Source: Gemmatimonadales bacterium
GTDB taxonomy: Bacteria > Gemmatimonadota > Glassbacteria > GWA2-58-10
NCBI GenBank assembly: GCA_024278175.1
Contig: JAJRTS010000058.1
Coordinates: 8,693-72,692, forward strand
Length of the DNA stretch: 64,000 nt
Direction of reading: 5' to 3'
In this document: piece after piece, positions 28,069 through 38,817 of the stretch
How positions within the stretch are numbered: position 1 is the stretch's first letter
Layout: every line of letters begins with the position of its first letter
Position numbers and translations under genes: made by a program
Notes under the pieces: generated by a model
Told to the model about the DNA's origin: nothing
The model's database searches: none
What the model saw: only the letters and a program-made list of their open reading frames with translations

Positions 28069-31000
28069 TCAGAGGGTGGACTTCCGGGACGTGCTGTCCG
28101 AGGTTGCCTGGCTTTGCAGTTCGCGAAGCCTGTTGCGCGCGCTCCTGAGCCAGTCGCTGTTCTGCCCGGCCATCTGCTCAAGCTGACGGTAGGCTTCGAG
28201 AGCCTGTTTGATCAGTCCCATCTGCTCCAGCAGTTGTCCCCGGCGGTAAAGCGCCTCAAGGGCAGGCTCGCTACGCGTTTTGGCCAATGCGACTATTCCG
28301 TCCAGAGCACCCAGAGCCTCTTCCAGGTTACCGGCGGCTCTGTATTGCTCGGCCAACATCAGCCTGGCGCTGGCGGTCAACTCCGGGTTATCGCTCCAGA
28401 ACGCACTCAGCAGATCCAGCGCCTCACTCACCCTGCCGGCGCGCACGGCCGCGCTCGCCCAGAGCTGCACCACCTTGTCGCCACCACTTAACCCGGGCAG
28501 GGCGGCCCACTGGCGGCGACGGAAGTCCAATGCCTGCTCCCAGCGGTTCTGCGCCCCGGCTATCGCGGCCAGAGCTCCCAAATGCTGGTCGGTGCGCAAC
28601 TGGGCGCCCGGTTCCACCGACTCCAGCAGCGTGCGGGCATAATCCACTTTGCCGGCGGCCAGATAGAGGTCCACAAGTTCCATCCGCGCCATCTTGCCGT
28701 AGGTGCTCCAGGGGTATTTTTCGGCCAGGGCTGTCAGGTGACGGTTGGCCTCGGCCACATCGGCGCGTGCACGCGCCAGCCGCCAGCCGATCCAGAGCAT
28801 CCTGTCCTCAGGGTAAACGTCGCCGAACAGCAGATCGAGATCATCGTGCAGGCTGGCGGCTTTCTGCGGATTACCCTCGTCAAGATAACAGGTTATCTCG
28901 TCCAGCATCAGCACCGCCAGCGCGGCACGGCGCTCAGGGTAGCGGCGGCGGAAGTTGTCGCGGGCCCCGGCGGCCTTGTCCGGTTCATCCCCGGCCTCGT
29001 AGCAGGCCATGATGCCCCGGTAGGCCTGGAAAGCCACGTCGATCCGGAAAAACTGGTGGTACGGAGCGTCGCGAAGGTTCTCGAAATCCTTGCGAAGCCG
29101 GTCCAGCGTTTTCCTGTTGCCTCCGTGGCGAAGGCGGGCCTGCAGGGCGAACAACTCCACCAGTTCCTGATAGCCGTCGACATCTATTAGCTGTTCGCGG
29201 TAATGACCGGCCAGTTCCGGACTGCCCGCTGCGTAGTACAACTCGCAGGCCAGCGCCGAGGCGATTCGTTTTGATTCCGGCTCGTGGTAATTATTGCGGA
29301 AGCCAACCAGCCTGGCCGCTGCCCGGCCGTACTCGCCCTGCGCCACCAGAGCCCGAATCCGGTAGGAGTCGAACAACCGGCGTGAGCGGGTGTCAAGCTC
29401 GCCGGGGGACAGATCGTCGATCAGGTTGATCGCCCGGCTGAAACGGCCGGTGAGGAAACTGGCTTCGGCCAGGGCCGTGCGGTAGCGGATATCCGCTGCC
29501 GCGTAGCGATGGCGTGCACCCCAGAGGCTGATCGTGCGGTAGGCCAGGAACTGCCGGTCCTGTTGCAGCAGAATCGCTCCGAGCCGAAGGCCGGCAAGGT
29601 TGCCCCAGCGGCCGTCCGGGTCGTTGTCCGCCAGTTTCTCATACAGTGAGGCCGCACTGTCGCGCGCACCGGCGAACGCCGCGTTCTCCAGTGCATCGGC
29701 CAGGCTGAACATGGCGCTCGCGCCGATACTCCCGCCGCTGGCGAGTTGCGCCGCCTCGTTCCACATCGCCCGGGCGGAATCGGCAAGCACCAGCACGGCC
29801 CTGCCCGTATCGGCTTCGGCGCGAGCGAGATAGCGCCCGGCCAGCCAGTTGAGAATCCCGGCACGGACAATCCCGGGGCCCAGCGAGCCGAGTGTGGCGA
29901 GTAGCTCGTTTTCGGCCCTGCCAAGCTCTCCCGCCGCCAGTGTCGGCGCGATCCGCAGCAGGATCTCGAGATATGTTTCAAGTACCTGTTCGCCGATGGC
30001 GGATTGGTTTTCCGCGCTCGCCAGCACACCGATCTCCCGCCAGGCCTGCGCCAGGCGCTCGTTGCCCTCATAGCTGCCCTGGCGCAGCAGGTTCAGCGCG
30101 CTGAGAAACTTGTAACGGATCAGGCGCAGCCGCTCCGCGCCACCGGGTGGGTTTTCGCGCTGGATGATCGCCAGGGCGCGCTCGTAGTCCTCCAGCTTGT
30201 CCGCGGCGATCTCGGCCAGCAGAGCGCCGGGGACCTGGCCCGCCTGATCGATGTAAATATCCAGCAACTCTGCCGCGGCCTCCGCCGGGCGGGCGGATTC
30301 GAACAGGCGGATTTCCTCCAGCCTGAGAGTAGCCTGGCTCCAGAGCGTGCTGGCGGGGTATTGTTCCACAAGCCGCTCAAGCAGCGCGGCCTCGGCTTGT
30401 ACTCCGCGCACATTGCGCACAACCGCGGAATAGGCCAGCAGCAGGCTGTCCTTGTTGTGCAACGGGTCGCTATCGGCGGCAAGGTAGTCCCGGATCAACG
30501 CCCCGGCCCGCAGGGTGTCGCCGTCTGCCAGGTTGAGCCGGGCGCGCTCCAGGGAAATTCGGGCGGCCAACTTCGGATCGCCGTCGATCGGTCCGGAGTT
30601 TTCGAGTACGGACAGGGCCGAGTCGACTCCGGCGGCGGCCAGCGCGAGCCGCGCGCGCGGCAGCGCCAGGCGGGCGTTTTCGGCCGGGCCCGCAAAGCGC
30701 GAGGCGTAAGCGTTCAGCGCCGGCCGGGCCAGCTCCGGCATTCCGGCCTGCTCACCGGTGGCCACAACGCGCTCGAGCAGCTCGAACGCGCGCTCGCGCT
30801 CACTTTCGAGCTCGATAACCCGCGCGGCTCTCTTGAAGTAAGCACTGAGATCTCCGCGGCGATAGCTGATTTCCATCAATAATCTGTACAACGAATCAGG
30901 CGCAACGCCTTCCCGGGCCAGTGCATCCTTGCCGGCCAGTTCTCCCAGCACGCTGTCCGCGCTGGAGAACTCGTCCCTGGCCAGATGGGCCTGGCCGATC

Positions 31001-31773
31001 AGGAACATCAGCCTTGGCAGGCCCAGCGGCGAGTCACCGGAGTTGCGTCTGATTTCCTCGACCACCCTGAGCGCCGAGTCCGGCATGCCCAGCCCGGTGA
31101 GCGCCCCGATCGCCACCATCTGCAGCGGCAACTCCTGCCGGGCCAGCGGTTTTTTGCTGATTTCGGCGATTTTTTCCAGCAGCATCAGGGCTTCCTCGGC
31201 CCGCCCGCCGGCGACCAGCAACTCCGCAGAACGCCGCAGGGCCACCGCCAGATGCTGTTCGTTATTTTCGCTGCTGAGATACTGGAGGTAGGCCTCCAGC
31301 GCCCGTTGCTTCAGACCCGCGCGGAGAGCCGAATGCCCCAGGCCGATCAGGGCCGTCAGGGTAAAGGCTGAATCGGCATAGCTGCCTGCCACCGGTTCGA
31401 TTACCCGGACGGCGGCCGTGTCCCGTCCCTCGCGGCCCAGGATCAGCCCCAGGAGGGTCAGACTCTGGCCTGTCCAGTCGCTGCCGGGATAGCGAATGAT
31501 CGAGGCGCGCAGGCAGTTTTGCGCACTGTCCGGCTGGCCCAGCCCGTCGAGCAGCATCCCCTTGAGGTAGAGCGCATAGGCTTTGGCGGCTTCCCTTCCG
31601 CCCTGTCCCAGGTAGCGGTCGATCACCTGCAGGGCCGTGGCGGTATCTCCCCGCGAGGCCTGGCGCAGAGCGCCGTTGAGCAGCCGCACATTGTCGTCGG
31701 CCGCGCCAAGTTTGCCCGTCAGGGTGCAGCAACAGATCATCAATGTGCCGATAATACGTTTCCAGTAGTGCAC
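28069..31773 (-). CDS. giant secreted TPR-repeat protein (1234 aa)
   Basis: Signal peptide, then Ala/Leu-rich TPR-like repeats throughout. Confidence 0.8.
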   Translation of the reverse strand: MHYWKRIIGTLMICCCTLTGKLGAADDNVRLLNGALRQASRGDTATALQVIDRYLGQGGREAAKAYALYLKGMLLDGLGQPDSAQNCLRASIIRYPGSDWTGQSLTLLGLILGREGRDTAAVRVIEPVAGSYADSAFTLTALIGLGHSALRAGLKQRALEAYLQYLSSENNEQHLAVALRRSAELLVAGGRAEEALMLLEKIAEISKKPLARQELPLQMVAIGALTGLGMPDSALRVVEEIRRNSGDSPLGLPRLMFLIGQAHLARDEFSSADSVLGELAGKDALAREGVAPDSLYRLLMEISYRRGDLSAYFKRAARVIELESERERAFELLERVVATGEQAGMPELARPALNAYASRFAGPAENARLALPRARLALAAAGVDSALSVLENSGPIDGDPKLAARISLERARLNLADGDTLRAGALIRDYLAADSDPLHNKDSLLLAYSAVVRNVRGVQAEAALLERLVEQYPASTLWSQATLRLEEIRLFESARPAEAAAELLDIYIDQAGQVPGALLAEIAADKLEDYERALAIIQRENPPGGAERLRLIRYKFLSALNLLRQGSYEGNERLAQAWREIGVLASAENQSAIGEQVLETYLEILLRIAPTLAAGELGRAENELLATLGSLGPGIVRAGILNWLAGRYLARAEADTGRAVLVLADSARAMWNEAAQLASGGSIGASAMFSLADALENAAFAGARDSAASLYEKLADNDPDGRWGNLAGLRLGAILLQQDRQFLAYRTISLWGARHRYAAADIRYRTALAEASFLTGRFSRAINLIDDLSPGELDTRSRRLFDSYRIRALVAQGEYGRAAARLVGFRNNYHEPESKRIASALACELYYAAGSPELAGHYREQLIDVDGYQELVELFALQARLRHGGNRKTLDRLRKDFENLRDAPYHQFFRIDVAFQAYRGIMACYEAGDEPDKAAGARDNFRRRYPERRAALAVLMLDEITCYLDEGNPQKAASLHDDLDLLFGDVYPEDRMLWIGWRLARARADVAEANRHLTALAEKYPWSTYGKMARMELVDLYLAAGKVDYARTLLESVEPGAQLRTDQHLGALAAIAGAQNRWEQALDFRRRQWAALPGLSGGDKVVQLWASAAVRAGRVSEALDLLSAFWSDNPELTASARLMLAEQYRAAGNLEEALGALDGIVALAKTRSEPALEALYRRGQLLEQMGLIKQALEAYRQLEQMAGQNSDWLRSARNRLRELQSQATSDSTSRKSTL

Positions 31774-32133
31774 TTGATACTTACTCCCGACAGCTTTTCC
31801 TCACGCGGGTGTTCATCCAGGGCGGAAACACACGGGGTAAAAGCTGACAAAAAGATGACAAATCATTGCCGGAGCAATATATTTGGTAAAATCCGTTCTG
31901 TCGATGGCCGGGTCATATTAATACCCCCGGCTTGCCGGTGGTGTTCTGTCCGGCCCGTCTTCCGGTGCGGGGTGGAACATGCGCTGCGCTCGGCCGGAAG
32001 CGGGATGCACATTATAACATAGTCGACACGTTGCTGTAAACATCAAGTTCTCGTGCAATCAAAACTGGTTAACGATACGGCGGGTCTGCAGGGGTGTGAA
32101 TATCCGCAGCGGCCCGCTCGAGGGGAGGCGGCA

Positions 32134-33120
32134 ATGAAGGTAGCGGTTCTTGCAGGAGGCACCAGCGCTGAGCGCGAGGTGTCGCTCGGCAGCGGCAGGG
32201 CGGTGTGCGATGCTCTTGGCCAGGCGGGCCACGAAGCCGATCTTCTCGATCCGGGCAGCGGCTGGAAAGTTGTCGAACCCGGCAAGGCTCCCGCCCGGGT
32301 CAAGCGTACCTCCTGCGGGCTGCCGGGCAGCGAGGGCACCGCTGTGCTGACCTCCGCGGATATCGTGTTCAACACGCTGCACGGAGGCCAGGGGGAGGAC
32401 GGGACTGTCAACGCGGTGCTGGAACTGCTGGGCGTGCCCTATGCGGGCAGCCGGCCGGCTGCCTGTGCCGCCGCGATGGACAAGGCCGTGAGCAAGATGC
32501 TGTTCAGCCAGGTGGGTGTGCCCACTCCGGACTACGTGCTGCTGGATTCGCGGCGGAAGGGGATCTGGAATGACGCGCTGAAGGAGGCGGTCGGGCGGTT
32601 CGGCCTGCCGTTGATTGTCAAGCCGGCCGAGGAAGGCTCCACGGTGGGGTTGACCAAGGCCGATAGCGCGGGCCAGCTTTACCCCGCGGCCGAAACCGCC
32701 GCCCGGTTCAGCCGCCGGGTGGTGGTGGAGAAGTTCATTGCCGGGCGTGAACTGACAGTGGGCGTACTGGCGGGCGAGGCCCTGCCGTTGCTGGAGATAG
32801 TGGTGCCCGGCGGGTTCTACGATTTCGACGCCAAGTACCGCAGCGACGACAACCAGTACATCTGTCCCGCCGGGGTGGACCCCGAAACAGCGGAGCTGGC
32901 CCGGCAGTACGCCCTGCTCGCGTTCGACGTGCTGGGGCTGCTCGATTACTCCCGGGTCGATTTCCGCCTGGACGAGCAGGGCGGGCTATGGTGCCTGGAA
33001 GCCAACAACCAGCCCGGCATGACCGGCAGCAGCCTGTTCCCCAAGACCGCGGCGGCTGCCGGGATGGATTTGGCGGCGCTGCTGGAGAAGATTATCGCCG
33101 GCGCCCTGTCCCGCCAGTGA
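32134..33120 (+). CDS. ddl: D-alanine--D-alanine ligase
   Basis: MKVAVLAGGTSAEREVSLGSG..., ATP-grasp motifs; GGGGAGG RBS. Confidence 0.9.
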   Translation: MKVAVLAGGTSAEREVSLGSGRAVCDALGQAGHEADLLDPGSGWKVVEPGKAPARVKRTSCGLPGSEGTAVLTSADIVFNTLHGGQGEDGTVNAVLELLGVPYAGSRPAACAAAMDKAVSKMLFSQVGVPTPDYVLLDSRRKGIWNDALKEAVGRFGLPLIVKPAEEGSTVGLTKADSAGQLYPAAETAARFSRRVVVEKFIAGRELTVGVLAGEALPLLEIVVPGGFYDFDAKYRSDDNQYICPAGVDPETAELARQYALLAFDVLGLLDYSRVDFRLDEQGGLWCLEANNQPGMTGSSLFPKTAAAAGMDLAALLEKIIAGALSRQ

Positions 33121-33189
33121 GTGGGGCGCGCGGCATGGCGCTTTCAGCCGTGGATCGCAGTAAATGTATTACGGGAATGAAAGGAAGCC

Positions 33190-34035
33190 GTGATGAAGGG
33201 ATCGATTGAAGCCGGCCGTCGGTCAAAGCACCAGAGGCAGGCTCCCATGCGTGACATCCAGAGCGAAACGGACCACCGGAACCTGGAAATCCAGAAAGTG
33301 GGCGTAAAGGGACTGCGCTACCCGGTTGTGGTCCAGGATCGTGAAAACGGCAGCCAGCATACGGTGGCCGAGATCCAGATGTCGGTTCATCTGCCGCATA
33401 GTTTTCGCGGCACTCACATGAGCCGGTTCCTGGAGGTCCTGAACCGTCACAGGGGCAATATCGCCTCGGGCAATCTCAATGAAATCCTGGGGGAGATGCG
33501 TTCCAGACTTGACGCCGAAGTGGCTCATCTGGAGCTGGAATTTCCCTATTTTATCGAGAAGCAGGCCCCGGTAAGCGGCGCGAAGGGCCTGCAGGAGTAT
33601 CTCTGCAGGTTCGAGGGCTCGCTGGGCGAAATCGAGGCCGACTCGGATTTCGTGCTGGTGGTGAGAGTTCCGGTGACAACGCTCTGCCCGTGCTCGAAGG
33701 AAATATCCAGCCACGGCGCCCATAATCAGCGCGGTATCGTCTCGCTCTCGGTACGCTACGACGGGTTTGTCTGGATAGAGGACCTGGTGGATGTGGCCGA
33801 GAAATCGGCCAGTTGCGCCCTCTACCCGCTGCTCAAGCGCAAGGACGAGAAGTACGTGACCGAGTACGCCTACAATAACCCCCGGTTCGTGGAGGACGTG
33901 GTCCGTGAGTGCGCCCTGCACCTGGAAGCGATGGAGGGCGTTTACTGGTACAGGGTCGAGGCGGAGAACTACGAATCGATCCATAACCATAACGCATACG
34001 CTCTGATCGAAAAGGATACCAACGGGCGGAGCTGA
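33190..34035 (+). CDS. folE2: GTP cyclohydrolase FolE2/MptA family
   Basis: IQKVGVKGLRYPV..., CPCSKEISSHGAHNQR motif typical of FolE2. Confidence 0.8.
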   Translation: MMKGSIEAGRRSKHQRQAPMRDIQSETDHRNLEIQKVGVKGLRYPVVVQDRENGSQHTVAEIQMSVHLPHSFRGTHMSRFLEVLNRHRGNIASGNLNEILGEMRSRLDAEVAHLELEFPYFIEKQAPVSGAKGLQEYLCRFEGSLGEIEADSDFVLVVRVPVTTLCPCSKEISSHGAHNQRGIVSLSVRYDGFVWIEDLVDVAEKSASCALYPLLKRKDEKYVTEYAYNNPRFVEDVVRECALHLEAMEGVYWYRVEAENYESIHNHNAYALIEKDTNGRS

Positions 34036-34203
34036 AAGCCGCCCACTCCCCGCCGGGGGGATATCCTCAAGGGGCTGCGCGCGGCGAAGCGTATTGCGTG
34101 TTTTTCGCATTTATTCTGTTTTGCATCGTATTTCAGGAATCGTCCAGATCTGCTGCTGGCGGGCAATAGCGGTTGGAACAGACTGCTTTTTATGATAATT
34201 TAC

Positions 34204-34232
34204 TTGACACAACAGCTTAGGATAATTAAAAT
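34204..34232 (+). promoter_or_regulatory. sigma70-like promoter TTGACA-N17-TAAAAT upstream of the M23 peptidase
   Basis: Consensus -35 and near-consensus -10 with 17-bp spacing. Confidence 0.4.
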
Positions 34233-34290
34233 TTAATAGCAACGGGCAGTTTTTGCCCGCTGTGTTTCCTGCCCCTTACGGAGAAAGCAA

Positions 34291-35211
34291 ATGCGCCTGA
34301 AAGACTGGACTGTTCTCGTAATCCCCCATGACGAGTTCCAGGCTCACAGGTTTAAAGTCTCCAGATTCATTATTCTCAGCCTGATGCTCCTCGTACTTGG
34401 CAGCGCCGCCGGCGTTTCCTATCTGGTGTTGAGTTCCTCGAGAAAGAATTTCGATTACCTGCGCTACATCAATCTCCAGCGCGAAAACCGGATTCTGACC
34501 CAGAAACTGGGGGATGTTGAGGGTAAGATCGAGAAGATGGACAGCCAGATAAACGGGCTGATGGAGGAGAACCAGCAATTCCGAAGTGTGGCGGGCCTGG
34601 GCTTGCTGGACGAGGAAATTCGCGAAGTGGGTGTCGGAGGTACGTTCATGGGGGCGAGGGAAGAACTCCTGGAGATCAATACCTCGCTGGCGCGCAGGCT
34701 CTACGGCCAGGACGAGCAGGTCGATGTGCTGCTGCGCAAAACGGCCCTGATCCAGCAGAGTCTCGAAGAGGCGATTTCCAGTATCGAGAGCAGCAAGGAA
34801 AAATGGTCCTGTTATCCGTCGATCATGCCCGCCAAAGGTTACATCTCCAGCCATTTCGGCAAGCGCAGTCATCCGATCTACCACGTTTCCCAATATCACA
34901 ACGGGATCGATATTTCCTGCGCCGCCGGTGAACCGATTATCGCTCCGGCCGACGGCAAGGTGGTGCTGGTCAAGCGGCAGATCGGTTACGGGCTGACCGT
35001 GGCGGTCGATCATGGCTATGGGCTGCTGACCAGATTCGCCCACTGCTCCAAGGCCGAGGTGAAAGTGGGACAGCGGGTGAAACGCGGAGATCTGATCGCG
35101 CTGGTGGGCCAGAGCGGAATCACCACCGGACCCAATCTGCACTATGAAGTCTACCTTGATGGGCAGGCGCGTGACCCGATGAAGTTCATCCTGGACAACC
35201 ACGTCCCCTGA
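34291..35211 (+). CDS. M23 family metallopeptidase (EnvC/NlpD-like) with N-terminal coiled coil
   Basis: TM anchor, coiled-coil, HxxxD...H M23 motifs (HNGIDIS...HYEV). Confidence 0.85.
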   Translation: MRLKDWTVLVIPHDEFQAHRFKVSRFIILSLMLLVLGSAAGVSYLVLSSSRKNFDYLRYINLQRENRILTQKLGDVEGKIEKMDSQINGLMEENQQFRSVAGLGLLDEEIREVGVGGTFMGAREELLEINTSLARRLYGQDEQVDVLLRKTALIQQSLEEAISSIESSKEKWSCYPSIMPAKGYISSHFGKRSHPIYHVSQYHNGIDISCAAGEPIIAPADGKVVLVKRQIGYGLTVAVDHGYGLLTRFAHCSKAEVKVGQRVKRGDLIALVGQSGITTGPNLHYEVYLDGQARDPMKFILDNHVP

Positions 35212-35489
35212 AGTCTCATCCTCCTGTGTGCCCATTCGAGTTTTGTTTTTGTCCTCAGTGGCCGGTTGTAGCAGGTGCGTCTTGACATCCGCACGGGCTA
35301 TCGCTTATCTTAAAGGCGTCCCAGGTCCACAGGACAAAAGCTCGCTAACCCCGTCAGGACCGGAAGGTAGCAGCGGTATGCTTGTAGCTTTTGTCGCTGT
35401 GGGAAGCCTGGGACATTTTTTTTCTCCCCTCCGGCTGGTTCCCCCGGCGCTGGTCCGTGCTATTCCAACCTGAACACGGAGAGCACCGG

Positions 35490-36494
35490 ATGTTCATTGT
35501 CGATTCTTACCTCACCGCCGTTTTCATGTGCATCATCACCATGCTTTGCTGGGGGTCCTGGGCCAATACTCAAAAACTGGCCGGCCGTCACTGGCGTTTT
35601 GAGCTCTTTTACTGGGACTACGCCCTGGGAGTGTTACTTTTTTCGGCTCTGCTGGGGCTTACCCTGGGCAGCACGGGTGCTCAGGGCCGTCCGTTTCTTG
35701 CCGATCTGGCCCAGGCGGGCGCGGGTCCGATCAGCTCGGCCGTGCTGGGCGGCGTGATTTTCAACCTCTCGAACATTCTGCTGGTCGCCGCTATCTCGGT
35801 GGCGGGCATGGCCGTGGCTTTTCCGGTGGGAGTGGGCCTGGCGCTGGTTATCGGAGTTGTCACCAGCTACACTGTCAAGCCCGAGGGCGACCTCTCGACT
35901 CTGTTTATCGGCGTCGGGGTGGTAGTGGTTGCGATCGTGCTCGATGCTGCTGCCTACCGTCGCTCCGGGGGCGGTTCCGCGGGCGGGGCCAGGGGCCTGG
36001 CGCTCTCGGTGGCCGCCGGTGTGCTGATGGGTTTTTTCTACCGCTGGGTGGCGGCGTCGATGGCCACGGATTTCGCCTCGCCCGAGGCGGGACTGCTTAC
36101 GCCATACACGGCCGTGTTTTTCTTCTCGGTGGGTCTGTTCGTCAGCAATTTCCTTTGGAATACGCTGGCGATGAAATTCCCGTTCGCGGGTGAGCCGGTC
36201 AAGGCGGGCGACTATTTCCGCGGCGGCATTGGCGTACACCTGACAGGTATTCTGGGGGGGCTGATCTGGAACCTGGGGATGAGTTTCAGCATAATCGCCA
36301 GCGGTCAGGCGGGATTTGCGATCAGTTACGGTCTGGGCCAGGGAGCTACGATGGTGGCCGCGTTCTGGGGCGTGTTCATCTGGAAGGAGTTCGAGGGTGC
36401 GCCGGGCGGGACCGGCAAGCTGCTGGCGGCGATGTTCGCCTGCTACGCGCTGGGCCTTGTCCTGATTGTATATGCCAGGACGGCCGCACTTTGA
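35490..36494 (+). CDS. GRP/DMT-superfamily sugar transporter-like membrane protein
   Basis: 10-TM two-domain membrane protein with Gly-rich linker; ATG 35490. Confidence 0.55.
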   Translation: MFIVDSYLTAVFMCIITMLCWGSWANTQKLAGRHWRFELFYWDYALGVLLFSALLGLTLGSTGAQGRPFLADLAQAGAGPISSAVLGGVIFNLSNILLVAAISVAGMAVAFPVGVGLALVIGVVTSYTVKPEGDLSTLFIGVGVVVVAIVLDAAAYRRSGGGSAGGARGLALSVAAGVLMGFFYRWVAASMATDFASPEAGLLTPYTAVFFFSVGLFVSNFLWNTLAMKFPFAGEPVKAGDYFRGGIGVHLTGILGGLIWNLGMSFSIIASGQAGFAISYGLGQGATMVAAFWGVFIWKEFEGAPGGTGKLLAAMFACYALGLVLIVYARTAAL

Positions 36495-36577
36495 AGTCAA
36501 CCGGCGCAAATGGAGGCGCGCAATACCGTTCCTGTTACGGGAGATAACACGCTAGCCGGAAAAGCCGCAAAAGGGTT

Positions 36578-37495
36578 TCAATTCAGAAAACGGTAGGCCT
36601 GGTCGATAAACTCGGCGCCCACCACCAGGAACTCCTCCTGGCAGGCGGCCAGTTGCTTAAGCGCGGCGTCACGCTTGCTGATACTGGAATACAGCCCGAA
36701 AATCCCGCTTCCGCTGCCCGAGAGCAGCGCCACGGAGGCGCCCGAGTCGCGCAGCATTTCCTTGGCGTCGCGAAATTCGGGATAGTGCGCGTAGACCACC
36801 GGCTCGAAATCGTTGACCATCGTATCAAGCGGCCCCATCGGCCCGATAATCTCTTCCCAGCGCAACGGTCCCCCGTTGAGTTCCATGGTCTCGGTATTGT
36901 TGCCCTCGGCCTGGGCGTTGTCCAGCGCCCGGTAAGCCCAGGAGGTGGAGATCGGGATATGAGGGATAACCACCACCAGCGGGATTGTTTTTTTTACCGG
37001 CAGCCGCAGCATCCTCTCGCCGATACCCCAGGCCAGGGCGCGCCCGCCGCAGAGCATGAACGGCACGTCCGCGCCGACTTTCGCTGCCAGGGCATAGCGG
37101 GTGCTGTCGCCGCCGGGCAGCGTTCCGAACAGGCGTTCGCAGGCGATCATCACCCCGGCGGCGTCGGCGCTGCCTCCACCGAGCCCGGCGTGGGTGGGGA
37201 TGCCTTTCTCGATCCTGATCTCAACGCCGCGGTTTCTGATCCCCAGGCGCTTCAGGCACAGCCGGGCGGCCTTGTGCGCGGTGTTGTCCTCGTCCACGGG
37301 CACATGGGGCGAGTCGCAGTGGATGATTATCTTGCCGGGGGTGGGGGTGATCGTCAGTGTGTCCGAGAGCGACACGTTCTGGAAGACGGTTTCCAGCGAA
37401 TGGTAGCCGCCCTCCAACAGCCCCAGGATGCGAAGGGACAGGTTGATCTTGGCGAAGACTTCGATCTTGAGAGTCGTGTTGTTGACTTCGGGCAT
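36578..37495 (-). CDS. ispE: 4-diphosphocytidyl-2-C-methyl-D-erythritol kinase
   Basis: GHMP kinase motif PTHAGLGGGSADAAG; KINLSLRI N-terminus; ATG 37495 with AAAGGA RBS. Confidence 0.85.
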   Translation of the reverse strand: MPEVNNTTLKIEVFAKINLSLRILGLLEGGYHSLETVFQNVSLSDTLTITPTPGKIIIHCDSPHVPVDEDNTAHKAARLCLKRLGIRNRGVEIRIEKGIPTHAGLGGGSADAAGVMIACERLFGTLPGGDSTRYALAAKVGADVPFMLCGGRALAWGIGERMLRLPVKKTIPLVVVIPHIPISTSWAYRALDNAQAEGNNTETMELNGGPLRWEEIIGPMGPLDTMVNDFEPVVYAHYPEFRDAKEMLRDSGASVALLSGSGSGIFGLYSSISKRDAALKQLAACQEEFLVVGAEFIDQAYRFLN

Positions 37496-37512
37496 AGACG
37501 GTCCTTTCGGGG

Positions 37513-38568
37513 TCATCCGGCCTGCACGGTGAAAGGGGCCGGATCCGGTTTGTCGTCGATATGCTCGGCGCTTCTGCGCAACTGGCCGAGGGTCATGCCT
37601 TCCCTGCCCATCGCAATCAGTCCGCCCACGGTTACCGGGGCCATCATCAGGAGATGCATCACCACGGCGAACGCCGCCGCATCGTCGTTGGGCAGACCAA
37701 AGCCCGAACTGAGTGAATAGACTATCGCCCAGTGCATCGGTCCCACGAAGGCGGGAGCCGAGGGCAGCGCCACGCCCAGGCCTATCATGCCAAGTGTGAA
37801 AAACGGCGCTATCCATGGCAGCGTGTCGAAACTGAAACCGGCGAATGCCAGCCGGTAGCTGAACACTACCATGCCCCAGTGAACGATGCTCAGGACGCTT
37901 ACCTTGAGCAACACGTCCCCGTTGCGCAGGATTTTCATCCCCTCGCTGAACATGCCCATGAAGCTCTGTACTTTGTCCAGAAACCGGGCGGGCATGAACC
38001 AGCCGGTGAACTTGACCACGGCTTTTTCCGCCGAATGGGGAAAACTCCCCAGTACCATTAATACTATTATAAGAAAAAGAAGCGAGCCTGCAAGGGCATA
38101 ATAAAGCGCGCCGGGGATTTTCAGCATCGTGGGCGCGAAACCCGCGCTGAATGTAAACGGTATCATCAGGCACAACAGGATACTGATAGAGTCGAAAATT
38201 CGCTCGATCAGCAATGAAGCCAGGATGTAGCTGATATGTGCGTCCACCTTGCGGCGGGCGACAATTGCGCGGACGGCCTCGCCGATTCTAAGCGGCAGAA
38301 TGTTGTTGGTGGTAAAGCCGATCAGGTTGGCTGTGGCCAAGCCGTTGGTTGTGGCGTGGTGTTCGGGTTTGTAGAGATATTTCCAGCGCCAGCCCCGCAC
38401 CCACATCACGGCCAGGCTGAGAGCGCTGAATCCGGCCAGCGGCAGGATTCTGATCCGCTCTCCGCTGGTGATTATCTGCCAGGCCCTGTCCAGGTCCACG
38501 CCTTTGAAGGCCACATAGAGGCATACCGAGGTTATCAGCAGCGCGACCAGGTATTTCAATATTTTCAT
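37513..38568 (-). CDS. flippase-like/lysylphosphatidylglycerol-synthase TM-domain (UPF0104) membrane protein
   Basis: 351 aa polytopic protein with LPG_synthase_TM-like topology; upstream of ispE in the same operon. Confidence 0.65.
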   Translation of the reverse strand: MKILKYLVALLITSVCLYVAFKGVDLDRAWQIITSGERIRILPLAGFSALSLAVMWVRGWRWKYLYKPEHHATTNGLATANLIGFTTNNILPLRIGEAVRAIVARRKVDAHISYILASLLIERIFDSISILLCLMIPFTFSAGFAPTMLKIPGALYYALAGSLLFLIIVLMVLGSFPHSAEKAVVKFTGWFMPARFLDKVQSFMGMFSEGMKILRNGDVLLKVSVLSIVHWGMVVFSYRLAFAGFSFDTLPWIAPFFTLGMIGLGVALPSAPAFVGPMHWAIVYSLSSGFGLPNDDAAAFAVVMHLLMMAPVTVGGLIAMGREGMTLGQLRRSAEHIDDKPDPAPFTVQAG

Positions 38569-38709
38569 CTGGAATCCTTTTCACACGGTATCTGATTTTA
38601 ATTGTAATCTATTCTCGTCGCGAATCCCTGTCAAAAGAAAACTTCCGCCATGCCATAATGGCGCACTCCATGCCTTAATGGCCAGAAAAGCATGGGCACG
38701 GGAATTGCG

Positions 38710-38740
38710 CTTGACCAATGCATCAGGATAACTCCCCGAC
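38710..38740 (+). promoter_or_regulatory. candidate sigma32-type heat-shock promoter upstream of dnaK
   Basis: CTTGACC-N17-CCCCGAC resembles CTTGAAA...CCCCATnT; no CIRCE element seen. Confidence 0.25.
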
Positions 38741-38817
38741 AGGAGTTTTCTGATGCAGAATCTTATTTGTTCGTTTGTGTCAATACAGTGATTTAAAGAT
38801 AAAAGGAGCGGGTTATC

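Noticed and set aside
28114-31732. Multiple 120-290-aa ORFs overlapping the giant TPR gene
   Set aside because: Alternative-frame artefacts of the GC-rich TPR coding sequence.
36653-38173. Long ORFs (531 aa minus, 355 aa plus) spanning ispE and the flippase-like gene
   Set aside because: The minus ORF contains ispE only in its 3' 305 codons, with a proper RBS at 37495. The upstream part overlaps the separately encoded membrane protein in another frame.
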